A DNA stretch of 64,000 nt from a virus (taxonomy: Duplodnaviria; Caudoviricetes): positions 96,001 to 160,000 of the IMG/VR virus record IMGVR_UViG_3300031555_004710; one strand, 5' to 3'. This document shows positions 8,919 through 17,780 of this stretch, one piece after another; positions within the stretch are counted from its first letter, which is position 1; every line of letters starts with the position of its first letter. Both the position numbers and the translations under genes were made by a program. Under the pieces are notes generated by a model. It was given only the letters and a program-made list of their open reading frames with translations, was not told the DNA's origin and searched no databases.

Positions 8919-8934
8919 TCACAAAAATAATACA
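8919..8934 (-). promoter_or_regulatory. Early-type promoter (TGTATTAT-N5-TGA)
   Basis: Reverse complement TGTATTATttttgTGA upstream of the microprotein cluster. Confidence 0.6.
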
Positions 8935-9042
8935 CCATTAAATTTCGCTAATTATACGCAAAATATATCACTTATATTATAGCCAAGAACAAATCTATTA
9001 ATACAAGCAAACTATGTTGCCTTAATGTGAGGTGAATTTAAT

Positions 9043-9684
9043 ATGAATATTCCAAATATAACTTATAATGGTAATCTTGCAAAGAATATTTCTGCCGAAG
9101 ATGACTATTATGAATCGATATCATACTTTAAAACAATTGAAGACTTTATAGATGAAGCTAGTTACTCTAAATTTGTGAAAGCTGTTGAAAATTTAGTTAG
9201 AACTAGTAATGATTATAAAGTATTTATTAATTATATTAAAAATACACTAGGTTTAGACTTTTGCCAAGTGTTTTCGAAAATCTTTGATGGTGTCGATGCA
9301 AGTGTAGAATTTCATCATGGGCCTATCTTTACGTTATATGATATATGTGAAGTGGAACTTACAAAATTTATTCAGACTGGTCAGCGAATAAACACCTTTA
9401 GAGTAGCTGATTCTGTATTAGATTTACATTTTGCTATGAAGGTTAATGGAGTTTTATTATGTAAAACGGCACATGAAATGGTTCATGAGCAAGATGTGTT
9501 TATAAATATTAATCAATCAATTGGTGATGTTAATACTTATATTAAAGAAAATGGAAGATATTTTACACCAGAAGTAAAATATAAAATATGGACATATTTA
9601 AATATGTGCGAATCCAATGATAGTTTTGATAAAGGTGGTCTTGATTTATCTATAGTCAAAACTTATGTTAAACCTATAGGTTAA
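9043..9684 (+). CDS. Conserved jumbo-phage protein with HNH-like (His-Me finger) motif; paralog of 17058..17780
   Basis: RTSNDYK..C..VEFHHGPIFTLYDI..LCKTAHEMVH. Confidence 0.6.
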   Translation: MNIPNITYNGNLAKNISAEDDYYESISYFKTIEDFIDEASYSKFVKAVENLVRTSNDYKVFINYIKNTLGLDFCQVFSKIFDGVDASVEFHHGPIFTLYDICEVELTKFIQTGQRINTFRVADSVLDLHFAMKVNGVLLCKTAHEMVHEQDVFININQSIGDVNTYIKENGRYFTPEVKYKIWTYLNMCESNDSFDKGGLDLSIVKTYVKPIG

Positions 9685-9784
9685 AAAGTATAAATCTAGA
9701 GTATTTAGTACTCTAGATTTATTTTATTTGAATAAATAAATAAGATAAATAAATTAAATAACCTTTTGAAAGGATGAATTAATT

Positions 9785-10204
9785 ATGGAAAAAATGACTC
9801 CTCAAGATTATATTGAAGTAGAAGCTGCAATGGAATCTGTTTTAGATACAGCAATGGAAAATGTAAGATATAATGTGTTAGATGCTAAGACTAGAGATTC
9901 TCTTCCAGATGATGCTTTTGCTATTGTATTCACAGATGGAGATGGAAAAAGACAAAGAAAATATCCAATGCGAGTTAAGAACGATCCTGAAGCTACAGAG
10001 AAATTAATAACTAAAGCGGTTACTTATTTCCATTTCTGCCGTCCAGACTGGAAGCCTGAATTAGCTAAGGCAATTCTTAAAGCACTTAAATCTGAGAAAG
10101 TAAAGATTACTATTAGTAGAAGATCTCAGTTATTTAAATATATTAATGAGAAAGATCTTCCTATAACTGTAACTGTTACTTCACAAATCCCTGAAAAGAA
10201 ATAA
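9785..10204 (+). CDS. Probable virion head protein (DUF6582-like LPDxxF..RKYP motif, AME processing sites)
   Basis: AAME/TAME near the N terminus; LDAKTRDSLPDDAFA..RKYPM. Confidence 0.55.
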   Translation: MEKMTPQDYIEVEAAMESVLDTAMENVRYNVLDAKTRDSLPDDAFAIVFTDGDGKRQRKYPMRVKNDPEATEKLITKAVTYFHFCRPDWKPELAKAILKALKSEKVKITISRRSQLFKYINEKDLPITVTVTSQIPEKK

Positions 10205-10205
10205 T

Positions 10206-10237
10206 AAATAAGCTAGTGAGTAATCACTAGCTTATTT
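10206..10237. terminator. Bidirectional terminator
   Basis: aaataagctagtga-gtaa-tcactagcttattt. Confidence 0.8.
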
Positions 10238-10242
10238 TAAAA

Positions 10243-10926
10243 CTACTCTTCTACTGTAGTTTCTACAGATTCGGGAGCTACTTCATCTATCTTTTCAATA
10301 GATTCTTTAACTTCAATAGCAAGTTCATAACGATATACACCAAGTAATGCTGAGATAGGTAAGGATATTTTTCTGATATCTCTAACCCCATGATTTGATA
10401 TATATCTTGTAAATGCTATCTTACCATTATCAGAATCAACATCTGTGATGTGACCATAATATGAACGAGATTTCTTGTTCGGTTCATTTATATCTTTAAC
10501 CGCAAGAGAAACGAATTCACCAGCATTTACTGTAATACGATATTTTGAAGAATACTTTTCAGTATCGAATGCAAATGTGAAAGATTTTTCTTCATCAATA
10601 TCTTTATTGCGATTTGAATTTGTAGATTTTACATATTTACTAATAATAGGTATAATATCTGTTACTGTATCAAGATCAATAAGAAGCTTTTCAGCATCTT
10701 TAATTACATATTTTGTACCAGCATTTAATAACACTTTAGCAACAATATAATTTTTGTTTTCTTCTGTTTTGATTCCTGAAACCGAAACGTTATATGTTTC
10801 TCCATTAGAAACGATAGCGTATTCAGCGTTTACACGAAGTTCTGTATCTTTATGTTCATTACCATTTAAATCGACATAAGATACTTTCCAGTTACGAGGT
10901 ACATAAACCATTTTTTGTTTAGACAT
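10243..10926 (-). CDS. Hypothetical beta-rich protein
   Basis: 227-aa ORF, RBS aaggag, acidic tail. Confidence 0.8.
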   Translation of the reverse strand: MSKQKMVYVPRNWKVSYVDLNGNEHKDTELRVNAEYAIVSNGETYNVSVSGIKTEENKNYIVAKVLLNAGTKYVIKDAEKLLIDLDTVTDIIPIISKYVKSTNSNRNKDIDEEKSFTFAFDTEKYSSKYRITVNAGEFVSLAVKDINEPNKKSRSYYGHITDVDSDNGKIAFTRYISNHGVRDIRKISLPISALLGVYRYELAIEVKESIEKIDEVAPESVETTVEE

Positions 10927-11146
10927 AAGACATATCTCCTTTTTAGTATTTTATTTTTTTTTTGTATAGCATAAAGCTATAATATTAAGTATTAAAAGTA
11001 TTATAAATCTTAATATTATATTATTTCATTAATAAAATAATATGCATTTCGACTTAATCAATTATTTTAAAATCTATAAATTTATAAACTCATATAATAA
11101 AAATACTAAAAAAATATATATTATAATAATGAAAGGGTTGATAGTA

Positions 11147-11305
11147 ATGAAATACATTCCTATTTGGTATAATCAGGAGACGGTAGTAAAAGAAGATGCT
11201 CCAATTGAGGCGGCTAGCATGGAAGAAGCTAGAGATAAAGCATATATTAAATATAATGGAAACCCTCCAGCGCCTTTATTATCATTAAAGGAAGTGGGGT
11301 GTTAA
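11147..11305 (+). CDS. Small early protein (52 aa)
   Basis: Early motif at 11117 and RBS put the start at MKYIPIW; IEAASMEEA motif. Confidence 0.65.
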   Translation: MKYIPIWYNQETVVKEDAPIEAASMEEARDKAYIKYNGNPPAPLLSLKEVGC

Positions 11306-11703
11306 TAATGGTTGATGCTATTGATTACATTATGATAGTAGTTACATTTGCATTAATACTTGCAATGTTGTATTTTACAGCGGATAATTTCTTTAAAAGA
11401 ATTTATATACCATATAAAAAACAAATTATCGATTTGAATTTTGATTCGGCATTATTTATTCTTAAGACAATTATCAATAGTGAATTAGAAGCATATGAGA
11501 ATGATGTCTTTTTAAGTAAAGGAAGTATCACAAATTCAAATTTTGATAATTACTATAAAGATATAACTAGAAAGATTATTAAAAATATTTCTCCAGCTTT
11601 AATAAGTCATCTATCTCTATATATAACTGAGGATATGATATATACTATAGTTGCTAGAGCTGTTAAGAAATTTTTAACAGAAAAAATTACTGGCACAATT
11701 TAA
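11299..11703 (+). CDS. Single-TM membrane protein
   Basis: N-terminal hydrophobic helix IMIVVTFALILAMLYF. Confidence 0.75.
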   Translation: MLIMVDAIDYIMIVVTFALILAMLYFTADNFFKRIYIPYKKQIIDLNFDSALFILKTIINSELEAYENDVFLSKGSITNSNFDNYYKDITRKIIKNISPALISHLSLYITEDMIYTIVARAVKKFLTEKITGTI

Positions 11704-11717
11704 ATAAAAAAATAATA

Positions 11718-11789
11718 GTAAGATGACGGGAGTCGAACCCGCAACCTCCGGGAAAGCCCCGGCGCTCTACCACCTGAAGCTACATCTGT
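11718..11789 (-). tRNA. Non-canonical tRNA-like RNA (5-nt anticodon loop GCUUU, Lys-like; no CCA)
   Basis: Reverse complement ACAGATG TA GCTT CAGGTGGTA GAGC G CCGGG GCTTT CCCGG AGGTT GCGGG TTCGACT CCCGT CATCTTA; canonical D and T arms. Confidence 0.7.
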
Positions 11790-11797
11790 ATTACTAT

Positions 11798-11813
11798 TCA
11801 CAATAATAATATA
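11798..11813 (-). promoter_or_regulatory. Early-type promoter driving the tRNA-like RNA
   Basis: Reverse complement TATATTATtattgTGA immediately 5' of the element. Confidence 0.65.
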
Positions 11814-11839
11814 CTAATGAAAATTTATAATAATACGAT

Positions 11840-11873
11840 AAAAAAAGAAGGAACATAACGTTCCTTCTTTTTT
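11840..11873 (-). terminator. Terminator
   Basis: aaaaaaagaaggaac-ataac-gttccttctttttt. Confidence 0.8.
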
Positions 11874-12619
11874 TAAAATGTCTTTTTATAAGCCTTGTGC
11901 CACTTCTCAATTAATTCTGCAACGAGTAAATAATCTGTAGTGTGGTATTCTATAATATTTTCATAAATCCATTTTTTGAATTCTTTAAGGTTTCCAACGA
12001 AGTCATATCGGTGACACGCAATTGATAGCTTTCTATCACTATTTCTAAAAATGACTACATTCGCTCTATCTGGTAAGAAATTTGCTATTTCACGATAATG
12101 ATTGCGACTAAATATTTCAGCATTATTGGATATCATAAAATCCCCTCCAAGTCTAAGATCTCCACCAATTTTTGCGTCCCCATATATTTTTGTATTACCA
12201 AATATTGCTACATCCCCTTGTATATAGGCGTTATCATATATTCTAGCAACTCCATATATATTAGAAGTTCCCATAACAGATCCATCACCATGAATCCAAG
12301 CGTTCCCATGAATTTTTGCTTGCTGTGATATTTTAGCATTTTCATAAATGAATGCACGTTCAAATATCTTTGCAGAATCTATTATTAATGCATTTCCACT
12401 TACTTTTGCATTATCAAATACTTCAGCATCTTTAGCAACCCAGCAAGTTCCATTATGGCTTAGATTTTCTTCATTTTCAATCCATCCACCAAGGTCTCCC
12501 GCTGTTACTCCATATGTAAAGCATTTAAAATCTTTTAAAGCTTTTATTCTATATAAAGTTTTTCCGTACTCATTGACTTTAGTTTCATTAGTTAATTCAT
12601 ATTTTAACATTTGTATCAA
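11873..12619 (-). CDS. Left-handed beta-helix hexapeptide-repeat phage protein
   Basis: KYELT..GKTLYRIKALKDF..GDLGGWIENEENLS..CWV followed by AxV/IxG/DN hexapeptide repeats. Confidence 0.8.
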   Translation of the reverse strand: MIQMLKYELTNETKVNEYGKTLYRIKALKDFKCFTYGVTAGDLGGWIENEENLSHNGTCWVAKDAEVFDNAKVSGNALIIDSAKIFERAFIYENAKISQQAKIHGNAWIHGDGSVMGTSNIYGVARIYDNAYIQGDVAIFGNTKIYGDAKIGGDLRLGGDFMISNNAEIFSRNHYREIANFLPDRANVVIFRNSDRKLSIACHRYDFVGNLKEFKKWIYENIIEYHTTDYLLVAELIEKWHKAYKKTF

Positions 12620-12673
12620 GTCCTTTCATCTCATTTAAAAATAAATAAGAGAAGATAATGATATTATCTTCTC

Positions 12674-13432
12674 TTATTTTGCAATTGCTTTTAATGTTGG
12701 TAAGAATATCTTAGTATAATTATATCCTATATCAGTACATTCGATCATATCTTCATCAATCTCATCCATCATTATTTCGTTTCCATAAAGATTTACTCTG
12801 AATTTTGAAGATGATGTAAATTCTCGATATGCATTAAATGGTAGCTGCCTATTCTTATATGCTAAAGAATATTCTTTCATGAATTGATTAAGTTCTACCC
12901 AATTATTGCTTTCTTGCATCATAGTTGATATAAATGCCAGAGTTCCATCTTCATGTAACGACAATACTTCATCAGAAATACCTTTAACATCAATTATATC
13001 TTTTGAATAATAGAATTCATAATTTGGTATTAGTAGACAACCTGTATATGAATTCTTTTTAATAAATTTGACAGCGCCATTTCCAAATTCATTATATTTA
13101 ATATTTTTATTCTTAATAAAGACTGCATCTTTCTTAATAGATATTATATCAGTTTCATATTCCAGCATATTTACATTAATGAATTCTTCTATAATATCAG
13201 TAAAAGCTTTTTCAAGAGCAGTAGCAAACTCTCGATTTTTCTTAATTAACATACCAACTGATACTTCCCTATCTCTCTTGTCCATTTTTTCAAATTTTGA
13301 TATTAATTTTGGACTTGCTAAGTTATAATATTTCATTAGTGAAGTATTAGCAGAACGAATATCCCACTCCTCAATCATTTCATGATGTATGAATGGGATA
13401 TTTGTATTTGTTTTATTAATACTCATCGTCAT
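12674..13432 (-). CDS. Minimal family-B-like DNA polymerase (palm-only)
   Basis: Motif A-like EWDIRSANTS, motif C-like SIKKDAVF, downstream DVKGI; no exonuclease domain; 252 aa. Confidence 0.55.
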   Translation of the reverse strand: MTMSINKTNTNIPFIHHEMIEEWDIRSANTSLMKYYNLASPKLISKFEKMDKRDREVSVGMLIKKNREFATALEKAFTDIIEEFINVNMLEYETDIISIKKDAVFIKNKNIKYNEFGNGAVKFIKKNSYTGCLLIPNYEFYYSKDIIDVKGISDEVLSLHEDGTLAFISTMMQESNNWVELNQFMKEYSLAYKNRQLPFNAYREFTSSSKFRVNLYGNEIMMDEIDEDMIECTDIGYNYTKIFLPTLKAIAK

Positions 13433-13997
13433 CCTGAAGGAATTTTAATTCATGTTTCTTTTCAATCTTTTTTGTTAATTGATCAATTTCCTTCATTTCC
13501 TTTGGAGATAATAATTTCTTTAAACTTTTAATATCTTCGTCGAGAGTATCCTGAGAGTATATAAATTCAAAATCAACGTCTGCGATTTTATTCATCTTTT
13601 TAATTATCTTCTTTCCAAGATATTTATACACAATATTTGGAAGAACTATAAAGATATTAAGCGGTGAATTTTGTCCATTTGCAATTAAAGCTTTGAAGGC
13701 TACATTGACTGCAACGATAAAACTTTTATCTTTAATAAACTGCTTAATTTCCTTTTCTAATTTATCTGAATTTACTTCATCACCACGCTTAAGCTTTCTA
13801 AGCATTCCATAGAGTTTCACTTCTGGGCAGAACCCTCCAACCGAGTGTGCTCTATTAAACTTTGTAGCAATTGCTACTGTATCATTTGATCTTCCAGTTA
13901 CAGCAAAATTTTCTCCATCCAATATAAAGTATGGATTATATTCTGCCATCTTTTCAATTTTCTTTTTAAAGAATTTTTGATTCATTACGTAAATCAT
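13416..13997 (-). CDS. Hypothetical protein
   Basis: 193-aa ORF, RBS aaggag, overlaps the next gene. Confidence 0.8.
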   Translation of the reverse strand: MIYVMNQKFFKKKIEKMAEYNPYFILDGENFAVTGRSNDTVAIATKFNRAHSVGGFCPEVKLYGMLRKLKRGDEVNSDKLEKEIKQFIKDKSFIVAVNVAFKALIANGQNSPLNIFIVLPNIVYKYLGKKIIKKMNKIADVDFEFIYSQDTLDEDIKSLKKLLSPKEMKEIDQLTKKIEKKHELKFLQDDDEY

Positions 13998-14034
13998 TAT
14001 TTGTAACTCCTTTTTTACTTAATTATAATAATTA

Positions 14035-14919
14035 TTAGTCTCGTAGTGTAATCTTACTCAACTCTTGCTCAATCTTACTAAGATTTGGCATTTTTAGACT
14101 TCCTAAAGATGCAACTAATTTATTCTCCATCTCTTCATAATCCAGATTCATCTTTCTTCTAAGATTCATTGGTGAGGTTTGGAATGAGCACTGGCTATTT
14201 GTGCAACCAAGCATAGTATAATTACTATTCCATTTTAACTTATGCTGACATTTTGGGCATCTTAATAACTTATCCTTTTGATCATGAAGAGGATATAGAT
14301 AGCCATAGTCTAAGATACAAATGTCGTATAGATATTCAGAGTCTTCAGCATCATAGTAATCTCTCTCTTCAGGAGTTAATTTAGCTTCACGGCATCCCCA
14401 ATTATATGAATTCTTTAATGTGAAACCAATATCATCAAATAAATAGCTTTTACTCAAATCTTCTAAGATTTGCTTAATGCCAGCTTCATTAATGATAAAT
14501 TTATCTTGGTCCATAACTTCAATATATTCGCAAATATTTATGAGATAATTTGTCTCATATGTTTTTGCCAGATAACTTGGCAATTCGGTACTTCTTTTAA
14601 ACTCCTGGAAATTATCTACAAGACCTCTTCTATCGAGTGCAACCTTAACAACCACGCCATTATGAAGAAATGCTATTCGATTAGTTCCAGTACCAATTTC
14701 AGAAAATGTATTTCCAAGTATTTCGGCACATAATTCTGCTTTAATATTATTATCTGCAATATCTAATCGCATACAATTATAAAATAGTGCTTTCATTGTA
14801 GTATTATCAATAAAATATGATAGAATGTTTGGTACGACTTTTACGTCTCCAACCATTCCAGTTAACATATTTCCATTAAATATATTTTTCATTTTAATAA
14901 TCCTCCGGTATAACATCAC
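14035..14919 (-). CDS. Ser/Thr protein kinase-like protein with C-terminal Zn ribbon
   Basis: Gly loop IGTGTNR, VVVKVA Lys, helix-C Glu (DNFQE), catalytic DI..N.G, DYG; CPKC..CTNSQC. Confidence 0.7.
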   Translation of the reverse strand: MMLYRRIIKMKNIFNGNMLTGMVGDVKVVPNILSYFIDNTTMKALFYNCMRLDIADNNIKAELCAEILGNTFSEIGTGTNRIAFLHNGVVVKVALDRRGLVDNFQEFKRSTELPSYLAKTYETNYLINICEYIEVMDQDKFIINEAGIKQILEDLSKSYLFDDIGFTLKNSYNWGCREAKLTPEERDYYDAEDSEYLYDICILDYGYLYPLHDQKDKLLRCPKCQHKLKWNSNYTMLGCTNSQCSFQTSPMNLRRKMNLDYEEMENKLVASLGSLKMPNLSKIEQELSKITLRD

Positions 14920-16060
14920 TAAGTCTGAAGTTTAAATTATCGTCTCTTGAAAAATGTGCTCTATTTCTTAAAAGAGCATCCTGTAATCTTCGATCACCAA
15001 TCATTCGTTCAGTAGAACGTTTTCTTCTTTTGGCTTCTTTCTTCTTTAGCTTCTTAATTTGCTTAGGTGTAAGATTACTATAATCAGTCTGATATTTTCC
15101 ATATTTTCTAGTAACTGCTCTTACAACTTCTTTATCCATTCCACTTGTAGCAGATTTATCTAAGAATCCAAATCCTGCCTCAGTTAGAGCCGATAATATT
15201 TCCTGCTGTCTCTGCCTTTCAGGATTCATTAAATATGCACTAGAAATATAGCTTGTTTTTGGAGCAAACATATCATCTATTACATCCTGTGGAAGATAAT
15301 CAAATTCATGTGAATTTTCCATTTCTTCTGTAAATGATGAAGCTACTCTTCCCCTATCTTCAACTGAATCTGTATTAGGATTATTTAAGAAATTGATAAT
15401 CGCATCCATTCCTTGCATATTACTTGTGGTTCTAGCATAAATTGAACTTATACGATCATTCTTAACTCTAGCACTTTCTTCCTTAGAATGTAATTTAGCA
15501 ATTCTTTTAGGTAATTCATAATCTTTATCATCAGATATTTCTTTATTAGGTATATCATCAATGGCCTGATTTATTATTTTTTCATCGATAATAAAATCTT
15601 CAATAATTCTACTGGGAGTAAATCCAGAACGAATAAGATTCTTGTTAGATTTCTTATTCGTTAATTTTGGTTTCTTTGGAATATAAATTGTAGAAACACC
15701 ATTATCTGCAGCATTTTTCATCATTTCAAAGCTACCATATGCCGAATCAATATATTCGACATAGTCTAAATATGCTTCATACGCATCTAAATAATCCCAA
15801 TAATTTGAATATTTTCTTCTAATTGTATATGCTTTAAGAACATTTGGATTTGTACATGTTCCTCTTAGTTTATAATCATCTCCATCATAATCATTTAATT
15901 GAACTCCCCATAAGAATTCTGGAAATATATCATCTGGGGCCAATTCTGCCAACTGAATAGTCTCTTTTGCAATGTCACGGATTTCTTCGAGATGCTGATT
16001 TTGATTTGCTAAACTATTTTCGGTATCAGTATCAACGTAAAATAATCCCATTATAATCAC
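14894..16060 (-). CDS. Hypothetical early protein with basic C terminus
   Basis: 388-aa ORF, first gene after the early motif at 16089-16096. Confidence 0.8.
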   Translation of the reverse strand: MIIMGLFYVDTDTENSLANQNQHLEEIRDIAKETIQLAELAPDDIFPEFLWGVQLNDYDGDDYKLRGTCTNPNVLKAYTIRRKYSNYWDYLDAYEAYLDYVEYIDSAYGSFEMMKNAADNGVSTIYIPKKPKLTNKKSNKNLIRSGFTPSRIIEDFIIDEKIINQAIDDIPNKEISDDKDYELPKRIAKLHSKEESARVKNDRISSIYARTTSNMQGMDAIINFLNNPNTDSVEDRGRVASSFTEEMENSHEFDYLPQDVIDDMFAPKTSYISSAYLMNPERQRQQEILSALTEAGFGFLDKSATSGMDKEVVRAVTRKYGKYQTDYSNLTPKQIKKLKKKEAKRRKRSTERMIGDRRLQDALLRNRAHFSRDDNLNFRLSDVIPEDY

Positions 16061-16081
16061 CCTTCCATTTCATTTATCATG

Positions 16082-16096
16082 CATATAAATAATATA
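16082..16096 (-). promoter_or_regulatory. Early-type promoter
   Basis: Reverse complement TATATTATttataTG. Confidence 0.6.
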
Positions 16097-16123
16097 TGAT
16101 TAAAAAATAATTCGGGTTTAAAA

Positions 16124-16165
16124 ATATCTGTATATAGAGCAATAAAATACTCTATATACAGATAT
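16124..16165 (-). terminator. Hairpin terminator
   Basis: atatctgtatatagag-N10-ctctatatacagatat. Confidence 0.7.
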
Positions 16166-16167
16166 AA

Positions 16168-16641
16168 TTAATAACCTGAAGATGTATAATCATCTTCATA
16201 TAATTCAGTTTCATTATATACAAATTTTCTATAAAAATCTGGAAGATTTCTCATCATTTCATAATAATTTTTAATTAAATATCCAGTAATATCATCCATT
16301 AGATCCATTAAAGATTCTTCGGTTCTAATTCTTTGCTCAGAAATACATAATACAATATAGTTTCTTGATAGAATATTTACTTCTAAATCTTTTTCGCAAA
16401 CTAAAAGAAATACCCCACTATAAGGTTCTAGGGTTTCTGATTTACATAACACTCCTAATGCCATCTCCCCAGATTCAATTAAATGCCTATTTTTTGAATT
16501 TGGTGGATAAAGTTTATTTAGATTTCTTAATATATCTGAAAATGATAAATCGGTGATATCTAAATTTATTTGAGTGTAATCAATTTCCTTTACCGATTCC
16601 GGAAGAAATGTTTTTAAAAAATCAATTTTATTTTCAATCAT
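16168..16641 (-). CDS. Hypothetical protein
   Basis: 157-aa ORF. Confidence 0.75.
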   Translation of the reverse strand: MIENKIDFLKTFLPESVKEIDYTQINLDITDLSFSDILRNLNKLYPPNSKNRHLIESGEMALGVLCKSETLEPYSGVFLLVCEKDLEVNILSRNYIVLCISEQRIRTEESLMDLMDDITGYLIKNYYEMMRNLPDFYRKFVYNETELYEDDYTSSGY

Positions 16642-16745
16642 TAAAAATCACATCCAATCAAAATAAAAATAAAAAAATAACTTTATAATATATGTATAGT
16701 AAAAAATAAAATACATACGATCATTTGATCGTATGTATTATTTAC

Positions 16746-17027
16746 TCACATATCGGCAAGTTTATACCTTCCGTCAACTAATTCGTATATACCATATTGT
16801 CCACATGCTCTTGGTTCTTTACCACTATGTAAAAGTACATCGAATGTGGAAAATATGTTGGAATCGTCAATATACTTTGCATTATTTAATTTATTTTCTC
16901 TATATTTTAGAAACTCTGTAAAAGCTTCTTCAATAGTTCCATCAAAATCATCGGGAAGGATAAATGTGCAATCTTTTATCATTAATATTTTTTTAGGAAG
17001 ATTTTCTCTTCGCATATTGGTCACCAA
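16746..17027 (-). CDS. Hypothetical protein
   Basis: 93-aa ORF followed by a hairpin at 16710-16739. Confidence 0.7.
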   Translation of the reverse strand: MVTNMRRENLPKKILMIKDCTFILPDDFDGTIEEAFTEFLKYRENKLNNAKYIDDSNIFSTFDVLLHSGKEPRACGQYGIYELVDGRYKLADM

Positions 17028-17057
17028 CTCCTTTCCAATAATGATATAAAATAAACA

Positions 17058-17780
17058 CTAGTCTGTATCTTCTAATGCCTTTTCGGAATCAGAAGGTGTA
17101 AAAATTGAATTTTTCCATTCTTCAGGAATTTCAGGAAAACTAAATCCATCGACATTTAAATATACAAATTCAACATCCAATGAATCCGATACCAAATCTT
17201 GAGTCTGTAGACTTAGATTAACTTTTGCTTCAATTTTTTCAATTAATGAAGTATTCATATAAGGTTCATATTCTTTAAAGAATTCATTATATTTATGATA
17301 AATGTATTGTAATGGAATAAATATTCTTCCATTATGAACTAGTTCATGCATTGTTGAAGTCAGTGGTACCAACCCTACCAATCCAGAATAATGAAGGTCC
17401 ATTACTTCATCGGCAACATTTAAAGCATTAATAGATTCACCATGCTCTAAACGCCTTGATATAACTGTTTCAACTATATCAAATAGTGTAAAGGGTTCAT
17501 GATGTATCTCTATATGATATCTTTTACCATTACCATTTTTTATATTTGATAAAATAATACATGCATCCATATTAAGATTATTTTTTAAAAATCTAATATA
17601 ATCTTTATATTCTGTAGATTTTCGTATTACTGTCTCACATGTCTTTATAAACTTCTCTCTATCTCTTGGAGTAACATATTTTGGTATAGGACGTTTTGGA
17701 AGTTCTTCAATTTTAACATCTATCTCTCTCTTTGCCCTATCTTTCTTACCTTCTGAGAAACTTTTTTTATACAGAATCAT
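17058..17780 (-). CDS. Conserved jumbo-phage HNH-like protein; paralog of 9043..9684
   Basis: RKSTEYK..C..IEIHHEPFTLFDI..PLTSTMHELVH. Confidence 0.6.
   Translation of the reverse strand: MILYKKSFSEGKKDRAKREIDVKIEELPKRPIPKYVTPRDREKFIKTCETVIRKSTEYKDYIRFLKNNLNMDACIILSNIKNGNGKRYHIEIHHEPFTLFDIVETVISRRLEHGESINALNVADEVMDLHYSGLVGLVPLTSTMHELVHNGRIFIPLQYIYHKYNEFFKEYEPYMNTSLIEKIEAKVNLSLQTQDLVSDSLDVEFVYLNVDGFSFPEIPEEWKNSIFTPSDSEKALEDTD

Noticed and set aside
10475-16921. Short ORFs antisense to longer genes (10475, 12098, 12348, 13068, 14470, 16365, 16733)
   Set aside because: They overlap longer, motif-bearing genes on the opposite strand and lack an RBS.
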